DNA of 64,000 bases, from positions 13,838-77,837 of the forward strand of contig JBILFA010000002.1 in assembly GCA_044351795.1 (NCBI GenBank), written 5' to 3'. The notes beneath the pieces are model-generated. The model saw nothing but the letters and a program-made list of their open reading frames with translations, was not told the origin of the DNA and did no database searches. The position numbers were made by a program, and so were the translations under genes. This document shows positions 8,246 through 17,044 of the stretch, one piece after another; positions within the stretch are counted from its first letter, which is position 1; the number at the start of each line of letters is the position of its first letter. This DNA is from Bdellovibrionota bacterium (GTDB lineage Bacteria; Bdellovibrionota_C; UBA2361; OMII01).

Positions 8246-11047
8246 TTATCCCTTCAAACCAGCCTCTTCTCTCGTCATGCGAATAATTTGCTTACGAACA
8301 TGGAAGAGAAACAGCAACTTCTGCTCGGTTTCACTGAGCTTTCCGTTACCTGTAACGATATCCGAGATGAGCGCATCGAGCGTAGGCTCCTCTCCCCGGG
8401 CTGCTGCTACTTGGCAACGCTTTTGGAGTTCGGGATAGTTCTCACTACGCTTCTCCATTTTACTCCAAGGGCTTGAATCCTCTCGAGCCCTTAGCTGTTC
8501 GTACTTGGAGGCATAGATTACCGAGAGCATCTCCTCTATGCGCTTGTCATAGGTGTGATCCTTCAAAACTCGAGTACGTGCTTTTCTACTTATTTCTTCT
8601 CGCTCGTGAGGACGGGTCAGATAGTAGTCAATCTTCTCTCTCAAATCCGGCAAATCCTTGAATGTGACTATCTCAGTGCCAACATCAAACGCCTCAGGCA
8701 GCAGCGCTCGCTCATCTACGAGCTGGAAAGCTCCGCAACTCGCGAGTTCGAACGTGCGAGGATTCAAAAAGTCTCCATACGGCTCTACTCCATCTCGCTC
8801 CATACTGGAGTGAAGATTAAGATTGACGTCTGTCGCGTTGAAGATCTTCATGTACTCCTCAGGCGCGATACGGCGTGATTCCTCCTGGACCATCCGATCA
8901 AACGGCTTACAGAGCGGCCACTCACTACCCCAAATCTTGAAGGGATAGCTTGCCAGTGAAGCAAACATCTGTTGTCTATTGTGATAGCCCGCTCCGACAA
9001 ACGATACGGGAGATCCCCACTTTTCACGATCCTCTGCACTGACTACCATCGGGGTGTGAAGATAAGGGTCGCATGCGGTGGGAAGATAGTGAACTTCTCC
9101 GGCACCGGCCCTCTTGATGGCGCTTAAGCATTCACCTTTCTGAATCGTGAAGATAAAATCGTAAAACTGCGCCATCTCACGCCAATAACTGAAGCGTAGA
9201 TAGTCTTCGACGAACCACAACACCGTGATGACTCCACGACGACGGAGCTCTGTCAAAACCCGCGGGGTTATCGGAGCCTGTGCCATGCAGATGAGAATAT
9301 CGACCGGCTTCTCGGTAAAGCTCTCCAACAGTAGTTGCGAGAGCATTTCGACGTACGAATTCCGTATCATTCCCTTACGAATGTCAGTTGAGAGAAATTG
9401 GTCGACGAGGTTGAATCCATCGTTGAAGCCGCTCATATCAAAACGGCGAGTCCGTTGTCCCCAGCGCACAAGCGCATTGTTGGTATATAGACCTGTCGGT
9501 ATCGTGCCGCCTTGAATCGGACCGAGTACGCCGATCTTTGGGTGAAGATTCGAAATACCTCGCTTCCCGTAGAATGCACCCTTCCACTGCTCGATGAGTT
9601 TGGCATCAAGTGCTATGTTTTGCGGTCTCACCACGAGCTCCATACCGGCATCGAGTCTGAGACCGTCGGGAGGGCTGCCAACCTGTAGAGAGTGGATTTT
9701 CGAGAGGACGGTACGAAGATCCCTCGTAGATAGCGCCATCCGAAGCGCTACCATGTTAGGCTCCACACATGAGATAGGGAGTCCGGTTTTCTCGAGAAAC
9801 TTTTCGACGTGGTAGCCCAAACCAAAGCCCACCAGTAGAACGCTGGAGGCTTTCTCGAGTCGCGTCTCTCGCAAGGAGCGCCCGACCCACATCTCCGCCG
9901 CTGCAACAGGTTTATCCGCATGGTCGAGGCAGGTTCCTCGATGCCACAGTACCGGGCCCTGATCCGTTTGCCGAACTTCGAAAGCCGGATCGACGGTCTC
10001 GCCGAACTCTAGCATTTGAGCATACAGCACAGGAAATCGTTCCTGAAGGACTCGCAGATTCTGCTCGAACAGCAGCGCATTACCCTCGAGACGTACGGGC
10101 TCCGGTTTTGCTGAGGCGGGCACCTTACTCTCGGTCTTGCTCAAGATTCGCTCCAGGATATCGCTGATATCGATAGTGGCAGTGCGGCAATTCGAAACAA
10201 CATAATCGAGAGCTTGCCGCGCCCGCTTGTGCTCTCCTGCATCGGCGAGCTCCTCAGCGTAACGAAGGGTCATCCAGGCTTCGAGATCCAATGGCGCATG
10301 CTCCGCAGTAGTATCTGATTCGCCCTCGGGGAGTAATGCCTCTGCGATGCTGTCGGCGGACTGAGCGGCACATTCGGTCGGCTCAAGCGTCACTATGACC
10401 GCCTCCACTCCGTACTCTTTGAACGAGACCTGTATCGGCAGAATGAGCTCCTGTGATGTAACGACCCGCATTCCGGAGCGTTCTACTGCTTCTCGAAAGT
10501 TATCTAGACTATAGCAGCGCAGATGCAAGGTATCGCTTTCCGACACCCCCATGTGCTGTCCAAGGTACACCTGAAGTCGTACTATTCCAGACTGCTTAAC
10601 GACACGCTTCATCTCTAGCAAATATGACGCAATGACCTTGGTAGGCATGCTGGTCAAAGCAGCGTAGCTCCAGAGGAAATCGATCGAATTTGTTTCAACC
10701 GGCTGTAAGTCGAATCCTGATCCGACTACCAACTCTACGCGGGAATCAGGGCCGATGAGCTCGCGCGCTTTATCGACGGCGCGCTGCGAAACATCGAGGC
10801 CGACAACGCGGCCAAACTTCTTGGAAGCCGCTCGAAGCATGCGACCGACCCCGCACCCTATTTCGAGCGCGGTGCGATCTTGGCCAAAGGGAACTCCTTC
10901 GCTGACTATGGTGAAATCGCGCTCTCCCGTGGACCACATCTGCGTATCATCCTGGTATCCATCGCTCATCCAGAATCGGTAATCATGACTGACACGTCGA
11001 TCCCAGTCCTTACGCATCTGTTCCGCGAGTTTCGTCAATTTGCTCAT
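8246..11047 (-). CDS. Tri-domain protein: N-terminal class I SAM methyltransferase, a central Maf-like (motility-accessory-factor N-region-like) segment, and a C-terminal CgeB/DUF3880-type glycosyltransferase
   Basis: Methyltransferase motif I is ALEIGCGVGRML, followed by an acidic GLDVS. The middle contains FEQNLRVLQERFPVLYAQM...LLVGFGLGYHVEKFL. The C-terminus has NLNLHS...NPRTFELASCGAFQLVD...YYL...R..I..KARTRVLKDHTY, typical of CgeB-like Glyco_trans_1_2 domains. Confidence 0.65.
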   Translation of the reverse strand: MSKLTKLAEQMRKDWDRRVSHDYRFWMSDGYQDDTQMWSTGERDFTIVSEGVPFGQDRTALEIGCGVGRMLRAASKKFGRVVGLDVSQRAVDKARELIGPDSRVELVVGSGFDLQPVETNSIDFLWSYAALTSMPTKVIASYLLEMKRVVKQSGIVRLQVYLGQHMGVSESDTLHLRCYSLDNFREAVERSGMRVVTSQELILPIQVSFKEYGVEAVIVTLEPTECAAQSADSIAEALLPEGESDTTAEHAPLDLEAWMTLRYAEELADAGEHKRARQALDYVVSNCRTATIDISDILERILSKTESKVPASAKPEPVRLEGNALLFEQNLRVLQERFPVLYAQMLEFGETVDPAFEVRQTDQGPVLWHRGTCLDHADKPVAAAEMWVGRSLRETRLEKASSVLLVGFGLGYHVEKFLEKTGLPISCVEPNMVALRMALSTRDLRTVLSKIHSLQVGSPPDGLRLDAGMELVVRPQNIALDAKLIEQWKGAFYGKRGISNLHPKIGVLGPIQGGTIPTGLYTNNALVRWGQRTRRFDMSGFNDGFNLVDQFLSTDIRKGMIRNSYVEMLSQLLLESFTEKPVDILICMAQAPITPRVLTELRRRGVITVLWFVEDYLRFSYWREMAQFYDFIFTIQKGECLSAIKRAGAGEVHYLPTACDPYLHTPMVVSAEDREKWGSPVSFVGAGYHNRQQMFASLASYPFKIWGSEWPLCKPFDRMVQEESRRIAPEEYMKIFNATDVNLNLHSSMERDGVEPYGDFLNPRTFELASCGAFQLVDERALLPEAFDVGTEIVTFKDLPDLREKIDYYLTRPHEREEISRKARTRVLKDHTYDKRIEEMLSVIYASKYEQLRAREDSSPWSKMEKRSENYPELQKRCQVAAARGEEPTLDALISDIVTGNGKLSETEQKLLFLFHVRKQIIRMTREEAGLKG

Positions 11048-11483
11048 CGCTCACTATCCTCTCGACAAGCGCAGACTCCACGGCCCGCACCCATCACCTG
11101 CACCCGGTCACTAGGCCATCGGTGAACTTCACCACGACAAATCAACGCACCCTATCTAATTGAAATCTCTGGACTTGAGCATTCCGAGGCATCTGTCGCC
11201 GAGAACACCAGAGGCAGTTCACACTCGATGGGTACGAGGATACGTAAGACTTTTGATGCAACAGGGAACGATAGCGCTGCTAAATAAACGCACAGAAGCG
11301 ACAGCTACTCGGGAATCCGTCGTGGCGGATGTGTAATTACGGCAGGACCTTAGCTGCAACACACACTATCAACAACGAGCGGGAACTGTATATCTTCGCT
11401 CTCGTTGCGATTCTATGACGCTCGCTTAGGAACGCCTAACGCGGCGTCTTACAAGTTCCTTCTCCGGAAATATCAATCGTTCA

Positions 11484-11936
11484 CTAAAGTGATATCTGAA
11501 CTCGGCGGATAGCTTCTCCGATCTTCTCTGCCTCTTCCGGCGTGGAGAGAGCCGTCTCGCTCTTGGTACCTTCGATGATCTCCTTGTATGCAGAGTAGAT
11601 GGTGTCGATAAGCGCTATCACCTTTGCGATACGCTGCGGGTCACGGTACAGATTCGCCTCAGTGAGATAAAAGAGCATGAAATCGTAGAGCCTGTCGAGA
11701 TCGCGAGCAATTGTTCCACCCTTCTCGAAATCGAGGGTGTTCATGAGCTCAGCGATGATGGCCTGACCCTTACTGAGAAATCGACAAAATTTAGCGATGT
11801 CGTTCGCCTCAAGACCGGCCTTAGACTGCTTGAGAAACTTGATCGCACCCTCGTACATCATGAGGAGCAAACGACCCCGATCGGTCGTTGTTACTTGAAC
11901 AGCTTGATACGTGGCATGTGGGTTTTTCCCGTACAT
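11484..11936 (-). CDS. fliS: Flagellar export chaperone FliS
   Basis: YQAVQVTTTDRGRLLLMMYEGAIKFLKQSK...KGQAIIAELMNTLDFEKGGTIARDLDRLYDFMLFYLTEANL is collinear with the FliS family consensus over the whole 150 aa. Confidence 0.85.
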   Translation of the reverse strand: MYGKNPHATYQAVQVTTTDRGRLLLMMYEGAIKFLKQSKAGLEANDIAKFCRFLSKGQAIIAELMNTLDFEKGGTIARDLDRLYDFMLFYLTEANLYRDPQRIAKVIALIDTIYSAYKEIIEGTKSETALSTPEEAEKIGEAIRRVQISL

Positions 11937-12313
11937 AGCGTCCTATATCCTTAACGTTCTTTATCGCTGCGCTTGCCGTCAAATACTGCTCTTGGCCCTT
12001 GCGGCTTCCCGGTACTGCTGTCGCCGATATAGGAGCTATCGGAAATGGCTCAACATCGCTTGAGGTGAAACTTGCGAAGGAGAAATCACTTGAAAGACTA
12101 GATACTTACAGAAGCACTCCCGAGGGAAGCGAGGCGAAACAACGCATTTTAGCGGTGCGCTAGCACCGCTGCTCAACAAAATCACGCGTCAGCGTGGTTT
12201 TGCCTCTCTTCCCGGCGGATTGTTCTCAGCCGTTCGAGCGGACCTGGTAGTGTGGCCACCGAATGAAAACAGCTGTAAAGAAGAACTCACGCAGGCTCTA
12301 AAACAGCGTGAGC

Positions 12314-13117
12314 CTATTGACCTATCTCCTGAGCGCGAGCGAATGCTGCCTTGATAGCATCCTGCACTATCTCATCTGCTTTGCGCTGCTCAAGCACTGT
12401 GAGCGCCGCAGCGGTGGTACCTCCGCGTGAAGTTACGCGAGCTCGAAGCTCTGCGAATGTTTGGTTCGAGCTTTCAAGAGATGAGGTTGTCGCTTTGAGA
12501 GTTTGAAGCACGAGAGCTCGAGCTTCGCTGTCCAGTATTCCCAGTTCGCAAGCTACACTCTCCATCTGCTCCGCGAGCCAACAGATGTAAGCAGGGCCGC
12601 TGCCTGCTACCGCAGTTGCCGCATCAATTAAGCGCTCATCCTGAACTCGCCAGGATGGACCGATACACGACAAGAAATTTTCAATCGTCGCCAGATCGGC
12701 AGGTGTAATCTCAGTGGGAACCAAATACACCGTAGCACTCTGGCCGACAGTTGCTCCAAGATTAGGCATAGCACGCACGACCATTGTGTGATCGAGCAAT
12801 AAGCGCAGCCGCGCCAATGAGACGCCCGCCATAACCGAAACAACCACGGCGCCTGGGCACAAGACACTGCGAACTCCGATGCACGCCATCTCGGCATCCT
12901 GAGGTTTCACGGCCAAAACAAGGAGGTCTCCTGATTCAAGGCGACACTCTCCGGGGGGCCGATCTACGACCTCACACCCTTGGACTTCACAAGTAGTGGC
13001 AACCTCAGCCGGCTTTCTGTCGATCAGGAGTAATTGGGAAGGGTCGAATCCCGAACGAAGCACACTCTTTGCGAGTGCAGAGCCGAGGCCGCCGACTCCG
13101 ACCATGATGATTCTCAT
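12314..13117 (-). CDS. proC: Pyrroline-5-carboxylate reductase
   Basis: N-terminal Rossmann motif IIMVGVGGLGSAL. The C-terminal signature AGSGPAYICWLAEQM...RVTSRGGTTAAAL is typical of ProC. The start overlaps the yggX stop (TAATG). Confidence 0.85.
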   Translation of the reverse strand: MRIIMVGVGGLGSALAKSVLRSGFDPSQLLLIDRKPAEVATTCEVQGCEVVDRPPGECRLESGDLLVLAVKPQDAEMACIGVRSVLCPGAVVVSVMAGVSLARLRLLLDHTMVVRAMPNLGATVGQSATVYLVPTEITPADLATIENFLSCIGPSWRVQDERLIDAATAVAGSGPAYICWLAEQMESVACELGILDSEARALVLQTLKATTSSLESSNQTFAELRARVTSRGGTTAAALTVLEQRKADEIVQDAIKAAFARAQEIGQ

Positions 13118-13401
13118 TACTGCTTGCGGCCCCGCTCGGCATTCTCCACCTCTGCGACCGTCCCCTCTTCAAGGCCCAAAAAACGCATCATCTGGTCTAC
13201 CAGCACCTTGTAATCCTTGGGATCGGCCATATTGAGTCGGTATTCGTTGAGAACTTTTATCTGCACGTCTGCATTCCATTGGCCCCACGCTTCAGCGGAA
13301 ACCCGCTCGAAGATCATCTTTCCGATCTCACCCCCAAAAGGCGGCTTCTCTAATCCAGGGAGCTCGCGTTTGAATTTCGAGCACATGACAACTCTCGACA
13401 T
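13117..13401 (-). CDS. yggX: Fe(II)-trafficking / oxidative-damage protection protein YggX
   Basis: MSRVVMCSKFKRELPGLEKPPFGGEIGKMIFERVSAEAWGQWNADVQIKVLNEYRLNM is collinear with E. coli YggX (MSRTIFCTFL...[20 protein letters not shown]...INEKKLNM). The start was trimmed to the ATG at 13401. Confidence 0.8.
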   Translation of the reverse strand: MSRVVMCSKFKRELPGLEKPPFGGEIGKMIFERVSAEAWGQWNADVQIKVLNEYRLNMADPKDYKVLVDQMMRFLGLEEGTVAEVENAERGRKQ

Positions 13402-13544
13402 AGCACCTCTCAACAAAGAAAAATGGAATTATAGGCCGGATTCTCGCACGGTTCCGACCTCCTGTCATGTCTTTGAGGTGCTCAACATCCTAGTCCAACG
13501 CCCCAAACGCGACTATGCTCGTCGGCCAGATATGAGGTTCCGGC

Positions 13545-13733
13545 ATGTTTACACCGATCGGCGACGGCAATTCCCAACGTCAACGACCTCTATTTATGGT
13601 CTATTTGCTGATTTTCGGCGATCAGATCGAGGACAGACTGGGACATTTCAAGTTTCTGATCTTCTATCTCGTAGCCGGACTAGTCGCTGCCCCTGCACAG
13701 CTAGTCACTACACCTAATTCAGTTTTGCCGTAG
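13545..13733 (+). pseudogene. Relic of a rhomboid-family intramembrane protease
   Basis: The 62-codon ORF reads MFTPIGDGNSQRQRPLF-MVYLL-IFGDQIEDRLGHFKFLIFYLVAGLVAAPAQ. It begins like a rhomboid N-terminus (MFxPxxDxNxxxRxP), then jumps directly to the conserved TM2/TM3 block (L.IFGxxVEDRLGxxxFLxFYLxxGxxA). It stops before the GASGA catalytic-Ser helix. Confidence 0.45.
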
Positions 13734-13871
13734 ATAACCTGAGCCGGTCGCTTTGTACCAACCTTGTAAAAGCGACGAAGGCGGCCCCTACTTTTTACAA
13801 TTCCATGACAATTCCCCTGAAACCGCATGGCACAGTGGCCATCATCGGGTAACGGTTTGGAAGGGGAAACC

Positions 13872-14498
13872 ATGGCAACACGAAAAACTGACATAGAGCT
13901 TGTTAAAGGGGTTACCGCTCGAGACGAGAGTTGCTTCGAGGAGCTGGTTGAACGGTACGGCTCCAAGGTCCTCAACTTGGCACTGAGGATTACCCGCAAC
14001 CAAGAGGACTCTGAGGAGATTCTTCAGGACGTATTTATAACCGTTTTCAGTAAAGTTGGGAGCTTCGAACACAAATCCCAGTTCTCCAGCTGGTTGTATC
14101 GGGTCACCATGAACGCCAGTTTCATGAAGATCCGAGCTCGTAATCGTCGTCGCTCTGTATCCTTGGAAGATATCGAGCCCTCCACCCTCAACAACTGGGT
14201 AGGCAATCGCACTGAGATGTTCGATGTTGATTTCATGTCCTCCAAGCACGAAATCCGCGATGCCATCGAAGCCGCAGTGGATAAACTCCCTGAAGACTAC
14301 CGAGCGATCTTCATCCTTCGTGATATCGATGGGCTCTCGAACGAGTCTGTGAGCAAGATCCTGCAGCTCTCGGTCCCTGCTGTGAAGAGTCGTCTCCACA
14401 GGTCGCGGCTCATCATGCGACAGCAGCTCAAGAAATACTACGAGGGCTACCGCAACGGCGATGCATCGTACGAACTCGAGCCGATGCACGTGGTCTGA
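13872..14498 (+). CDS. ECF-type RNA polymerase sigma-70 family factor
   Basis: Region 2 is LVERYGSKVLNLALRITRNQEDSEEILQDVFITVF...SWLYRVTMNASF. Region 4 is LPEDYRAIFILRDIDGLSNESVSKILQLSVPAVKSRLHRSR. The ATG at 13872 follows GGAAGGGG. No obvious anti-sigma gene lies downstream. Confidence 0.85.
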   Translation: MATRKTDIELVKGVTARDESCFEELVERYGSKVLNLALRITRNQEDSEEILQDVFITVFSKVGSFEHKSQFSSWLYRVTMNASFMKIRARNRRRSVSLEDIEPSTLNNWVGNRTEMFDVDFMSSKHEIRDAIEAAVDKLPEDYRAIFILRDIDGLSNESVSKILQLSVPAVKSRLHRSRLIMRQQLKKYYEGYRNGDASYELEPMHVV

Positions 14499-14505
14499 AA
14501 GAAAC

Positions 14506-14547
14506 GAGAAAGGTATCGGTTGCCACTAAGGCAATCGATACCTTCTC
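14506..14547 (+). terminator. Long imperfect hairpin after the ECF sigma gene
   Basis: GAGAAAGGTATCGGTTGCC-acta-(a)GGCAATCGATACCTTCTC forms a stem of about 17 bp with one bulge and one G-U pair. It starts 8 nt after the stop codon. The downstream U-tract is weak. Confidence 0.5.
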
Positions 14548-14600
14548 GTAAACATCTTTGACTCAAACTTCGTTCGGCGTTATAGGTGCGATCAAGCACC

Positions 14601-15191
14601 ATGTCTTTTGCCGCAGCATTCTACAATTTCACCGTCGAACTGAACCACATTGATAGGCAAGTATTCACTCGTTTTCGCGTTAAAACGGCTCTTCATCCCA
14701 GCGAGAGCCTCGAGCACCTCTACACCCGGATAATCGCCTACGCCCACTGCTACAGAGCTGAGCAATCATTTACCCAAGGGCTCTTCGAACCAAAGGAACC
14801 TACCATCTGGAAAAAAGAGATAACCGGCGAAGTCCTCCTGTGGGTACAGGTCGGAGTACCTGAAAGACGTAAACTGGAGGTTAGTCTTCGATCTGCCCCT
14901 GCGGCAGAGCACATAATATATTTCTATGAGCCTCAACACATTCCGGCATTCTGCCACATGCTACGAGGCAGCAAAACGAACTGGGTCAAGGATATAGAAT
15001 TTTTCAGGATCTCAGATAACCTTCTGGAGAGTTTGATTCCATTAGACCACTCCAGCCCAACATGGCAGCTGACCTTTGTGGATCAGCATCTTTACCTCGC
15101 ATGTGACGGAACTGAGCTCGAGGGCGATATTACACCGGTGGATATCTGGGAAGAGTATCAAGCGTCTCTGGAGCTGCCAGCAGCAGGATAA
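14601..15191 (+). CDS. yaeQ: YaeQ family protein
   Basis: MSFAAAFYNFTVELNHIDRQVFTRFRVKTALHPSESLEHLYTRIIAYAHCY matches the YaeQ N-terminal pattern (ATIYKaxvxlsDlDRxxY...lAxHPSEtxERmm.RllAy). Confidence 0.75.
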   Translation: MSFAAAFYNFTVELNHIDRQVFTRFRVKTALHPSESLEHLYTRIIAYAHCYRAEQSFTQGLFEPKEPTIWKKEITGEVLLWVQVGVPERRKLEVSLRSAPAAEHIIYFYEPQHIPAFCHMLRGSKTNWVKDIEFFRISDNLLESLIPLDHSSPTWQLTFVDQHLYLACDGTELEGDITPVDIWEEYQASLELPAAG

Positions 15192-15264
15192 CCCGAGAGG
15201 AAGAGACTTCACGTGGAGGTTTATATGCATTTTTCGGGTAATGCAGTAGAGTTCCGCCTCGAGC

Positions 15265-16230
15265 ATGAACGCACTGAAACCTCTCTTCATCCGTATATTC
15301 CTCGTTTTGTTCGGAGTCATGCTCCCCTGCCTACTCCTCGAGGCGGCATTACGCATCGAGCACCGGATTCGCAAGGGAACCCCTCTCACGCTCAATCCTA
15401 GTGCGAGGTGGGATGATACGTTGGGGTGGACTGGGAAGGAGCACGTGTTTGACCCGATTTCTGAGAACCCTGTTCTCGTAATCGGAGATTCCTTCACCGA
15501 CGGGTTGGATGTTCCAAGCGATCAGATGTGGTTCGCCGAGATCGCCCGACGATACGCCGATCGCGGGCTTATCGCATATGGAGGGTTAGGCTACGGCACG
15601 TTACAGCAGCTCATGGTACTTCAGAGATATCACGCTCGCGGTATCAAACCGGCCCTTGTAATCCTACAGCTTTGTAGCAACGATATCCTCAACAACTCCT
15701 TCGAACTCGAGAAGGAAAGCCTCCTGCAACGTGCCCCAGGACCTCGTCCCTACTTAGAAGGCGATACCATAAGGGTCAGATTCCCTCGAAGCAACGACTG
15801 GCTCCTGCATCCGCTCGTGTCGATCTCACGCTTTGCGTACCGAACAAGCACACGCTGGGAAGCTTCCATGGCGGAACAGGCGCGTGCCGGTAAAGCCCCT
15901 TCCGTTGAGTTCGAGATTCAAAAAAGGGGGTTCTCCTTTGAACCTTTTCGACGTGGGGCTCGCGTCACTAGAACCCTTTTGAAGCGCTTCAAACAGGAGA
16001 ATGGTACCACTCCGCTCGTATTCATGCTCGTCGACGACATCGAGCCCTACTCCACCGTGTTAAAAGACGCAGCTCAGAAACTCGAGATACCGCTCATTAT
16101 ACCTCCACGAGTTGTACCGCTCGGGCCAACTGAACGGCTCCCGGACGGAACGCACCTGAACGCAAAAGGCAATCAGCTTTTGGGTCGCACGTTCCTCGAG
16201 CTCGCCTCTGAGAAGGGGTCTCTTCCCTGA
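15265..16230 (+). CDS. Membrane-anchored SGNH/GDSL-family hydrolase
   Basis: There is an N-terminal TM segment. Block I is VLVIGDSFTDG, a CSND block follows, and block V is DGTHLNAKGNQ (DxxH). Confidence 0.65.
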   Translation: MNALKPLFIRIFLVLFGVMLPCLLLEAALRIEHRIRKGTPLTLNPSARWDDTLGWTGKEHVFDPISENPVLVIGDSFTDGLDVPSDQMWFAEIARRYADRGLIAYGGLGYGTLQQLMVLQRYHARGIKPALVILQLCSNDILNNSFELEKESLLQRAPGPRPYLEGDTIRVRFPRSNDWLLHPLVSISRFAYRTSTRWEASMAEQARAGKAPSVEFEIQKRGFSFEPFRRGARVTRTLLKRFKQENGTTPLVFMLVDDIEPYSTVLKDAAQKLEIPLIIPPRVVPLGPTERLPDGTHLNAKGNQLLGRTFLELASEKGSLP

Positions 16231-16328
16231 AAAGAAGTTGCCCTCAAAGCGGGAGGACTCTCGACTGCTAACGCACGACTGGATTATAAAAACAGAACCG
16301 CACTTGACCACACATCAAAGGAGAAGGC

Positions 16329-16988
16329 ATGAAGGTAGCGATAGTTGGAGCTAAGGGAAAGATGGGCGTCTTAGCTGACGAGGCGCTGTCCGCTATGCCC
16401 TCAGTTACAGAGATGATCCGTATATACTCGGGTGACGATCTCGCCCAGATCCTCAAAACTACCAAACCGGACATCGCAATCGAACTTACGTCACATCTGA
16501 GTGTAGAGTCCAACGCGTGGTGCATCATCAACAACGGTGTAAAGCCTCTCATCGGTGCGAGTGGATTGACCAAAGTGCAGATAGAAGAGATGAGCCGGCA
16601 CTGCAGCGAGCATAAGCTCGGTGCGCTTGTGATCCCGAACTTCTCGCTTGGCGTTGCATACATGACGAAGCTTACGGCGATGATGAGTCGACACTTCAAG
16701 GACATCTCAATCGTCGAGTTTCATCACGCTCAGAAGAAGGACAAACCTTCCGGCACAGCGACGTACACCGCAAACCTGGTAGGAATATCGCCGGAAACCG
16801 TAGCATCAGTTCGCTCTCCGGGCTTCCTGGCCAAACAGCAGGTGTACATCAACACGGAATATGAACGCCTCATCATCGACCACGAGAGCTTTTCGAGGCA
16901 AAGTTTCTTGCAAGGGATTCAGCTTTGTGTCGAGACGTTGGCGGGGCTTTCTCTCATGGTTACCGGACTCGAAAACATCCTCGAGTAG
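16329..16988 (+). CDS. dapB: 4-hydroxy-tetrahydrodipicolinate reductase (short form)
   Basis: MKVAIVGAKGKMG, then NFSLGV, then the signature EFHHAQKKDKPSGTA (compare EAHHxxKxDAPSGTA). Confidence 0.8.
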   Translation: MKVAIVGAKGKMGVLADEALSAMPSVTEMIRIYSGDDLAQILKTTKPDIAIELTSHLSVESNAWCIINNGVKPLIGASGLTKVQIEEMSRHCSEHKLGALVIPNFSLGVAYMTKLTAMMSRHFKDISIVEFHHAQKKDKPSGTATYTANLVGISPETVASVRSPGFLAKQQVYINTEYERLIIDHESFSRQSFLQGIQLCVETLAGLSLMVTGLENILE

Positions 16989-17044
16989 ACACCGTAGGAG
17001 CCATCAGGAAGTGAGAAGACTACCTAATCCATGCCCGCCTTTGA

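Noticed and set aside
13828-13842. TGGCAC hexamer upstream of the ECF sigma gene, considered as a possible sigma-54 -24 element
   Set aside because: The sequence at the -12 spacing is CCAT, not TTGC(A/T). I could not verify other GG-N10-GC candidates (for example around 38180-38380) either.
13842-14489. 215-aa ORF antisense to the ECF sigma factor gene. Similar long antisense ORFs occur at 19519-20208, 33828-34457, 60433-61059, 2558-3007, 7359-7889 and 17949-18823.
   Set aside because: In each case the opposite strand encodes a protein with clear family motifs (sigma-70 regions 2 and 4, PheS, UvrA-like, the paralog family, GT4, GT9, PheT). The antisense translations are Arg/Ser/Pro/Cys-rich with no recognisable motifs or Shine-Dalgarno. 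They look like typical shadow ORFs of moderately GC-rich DNA.
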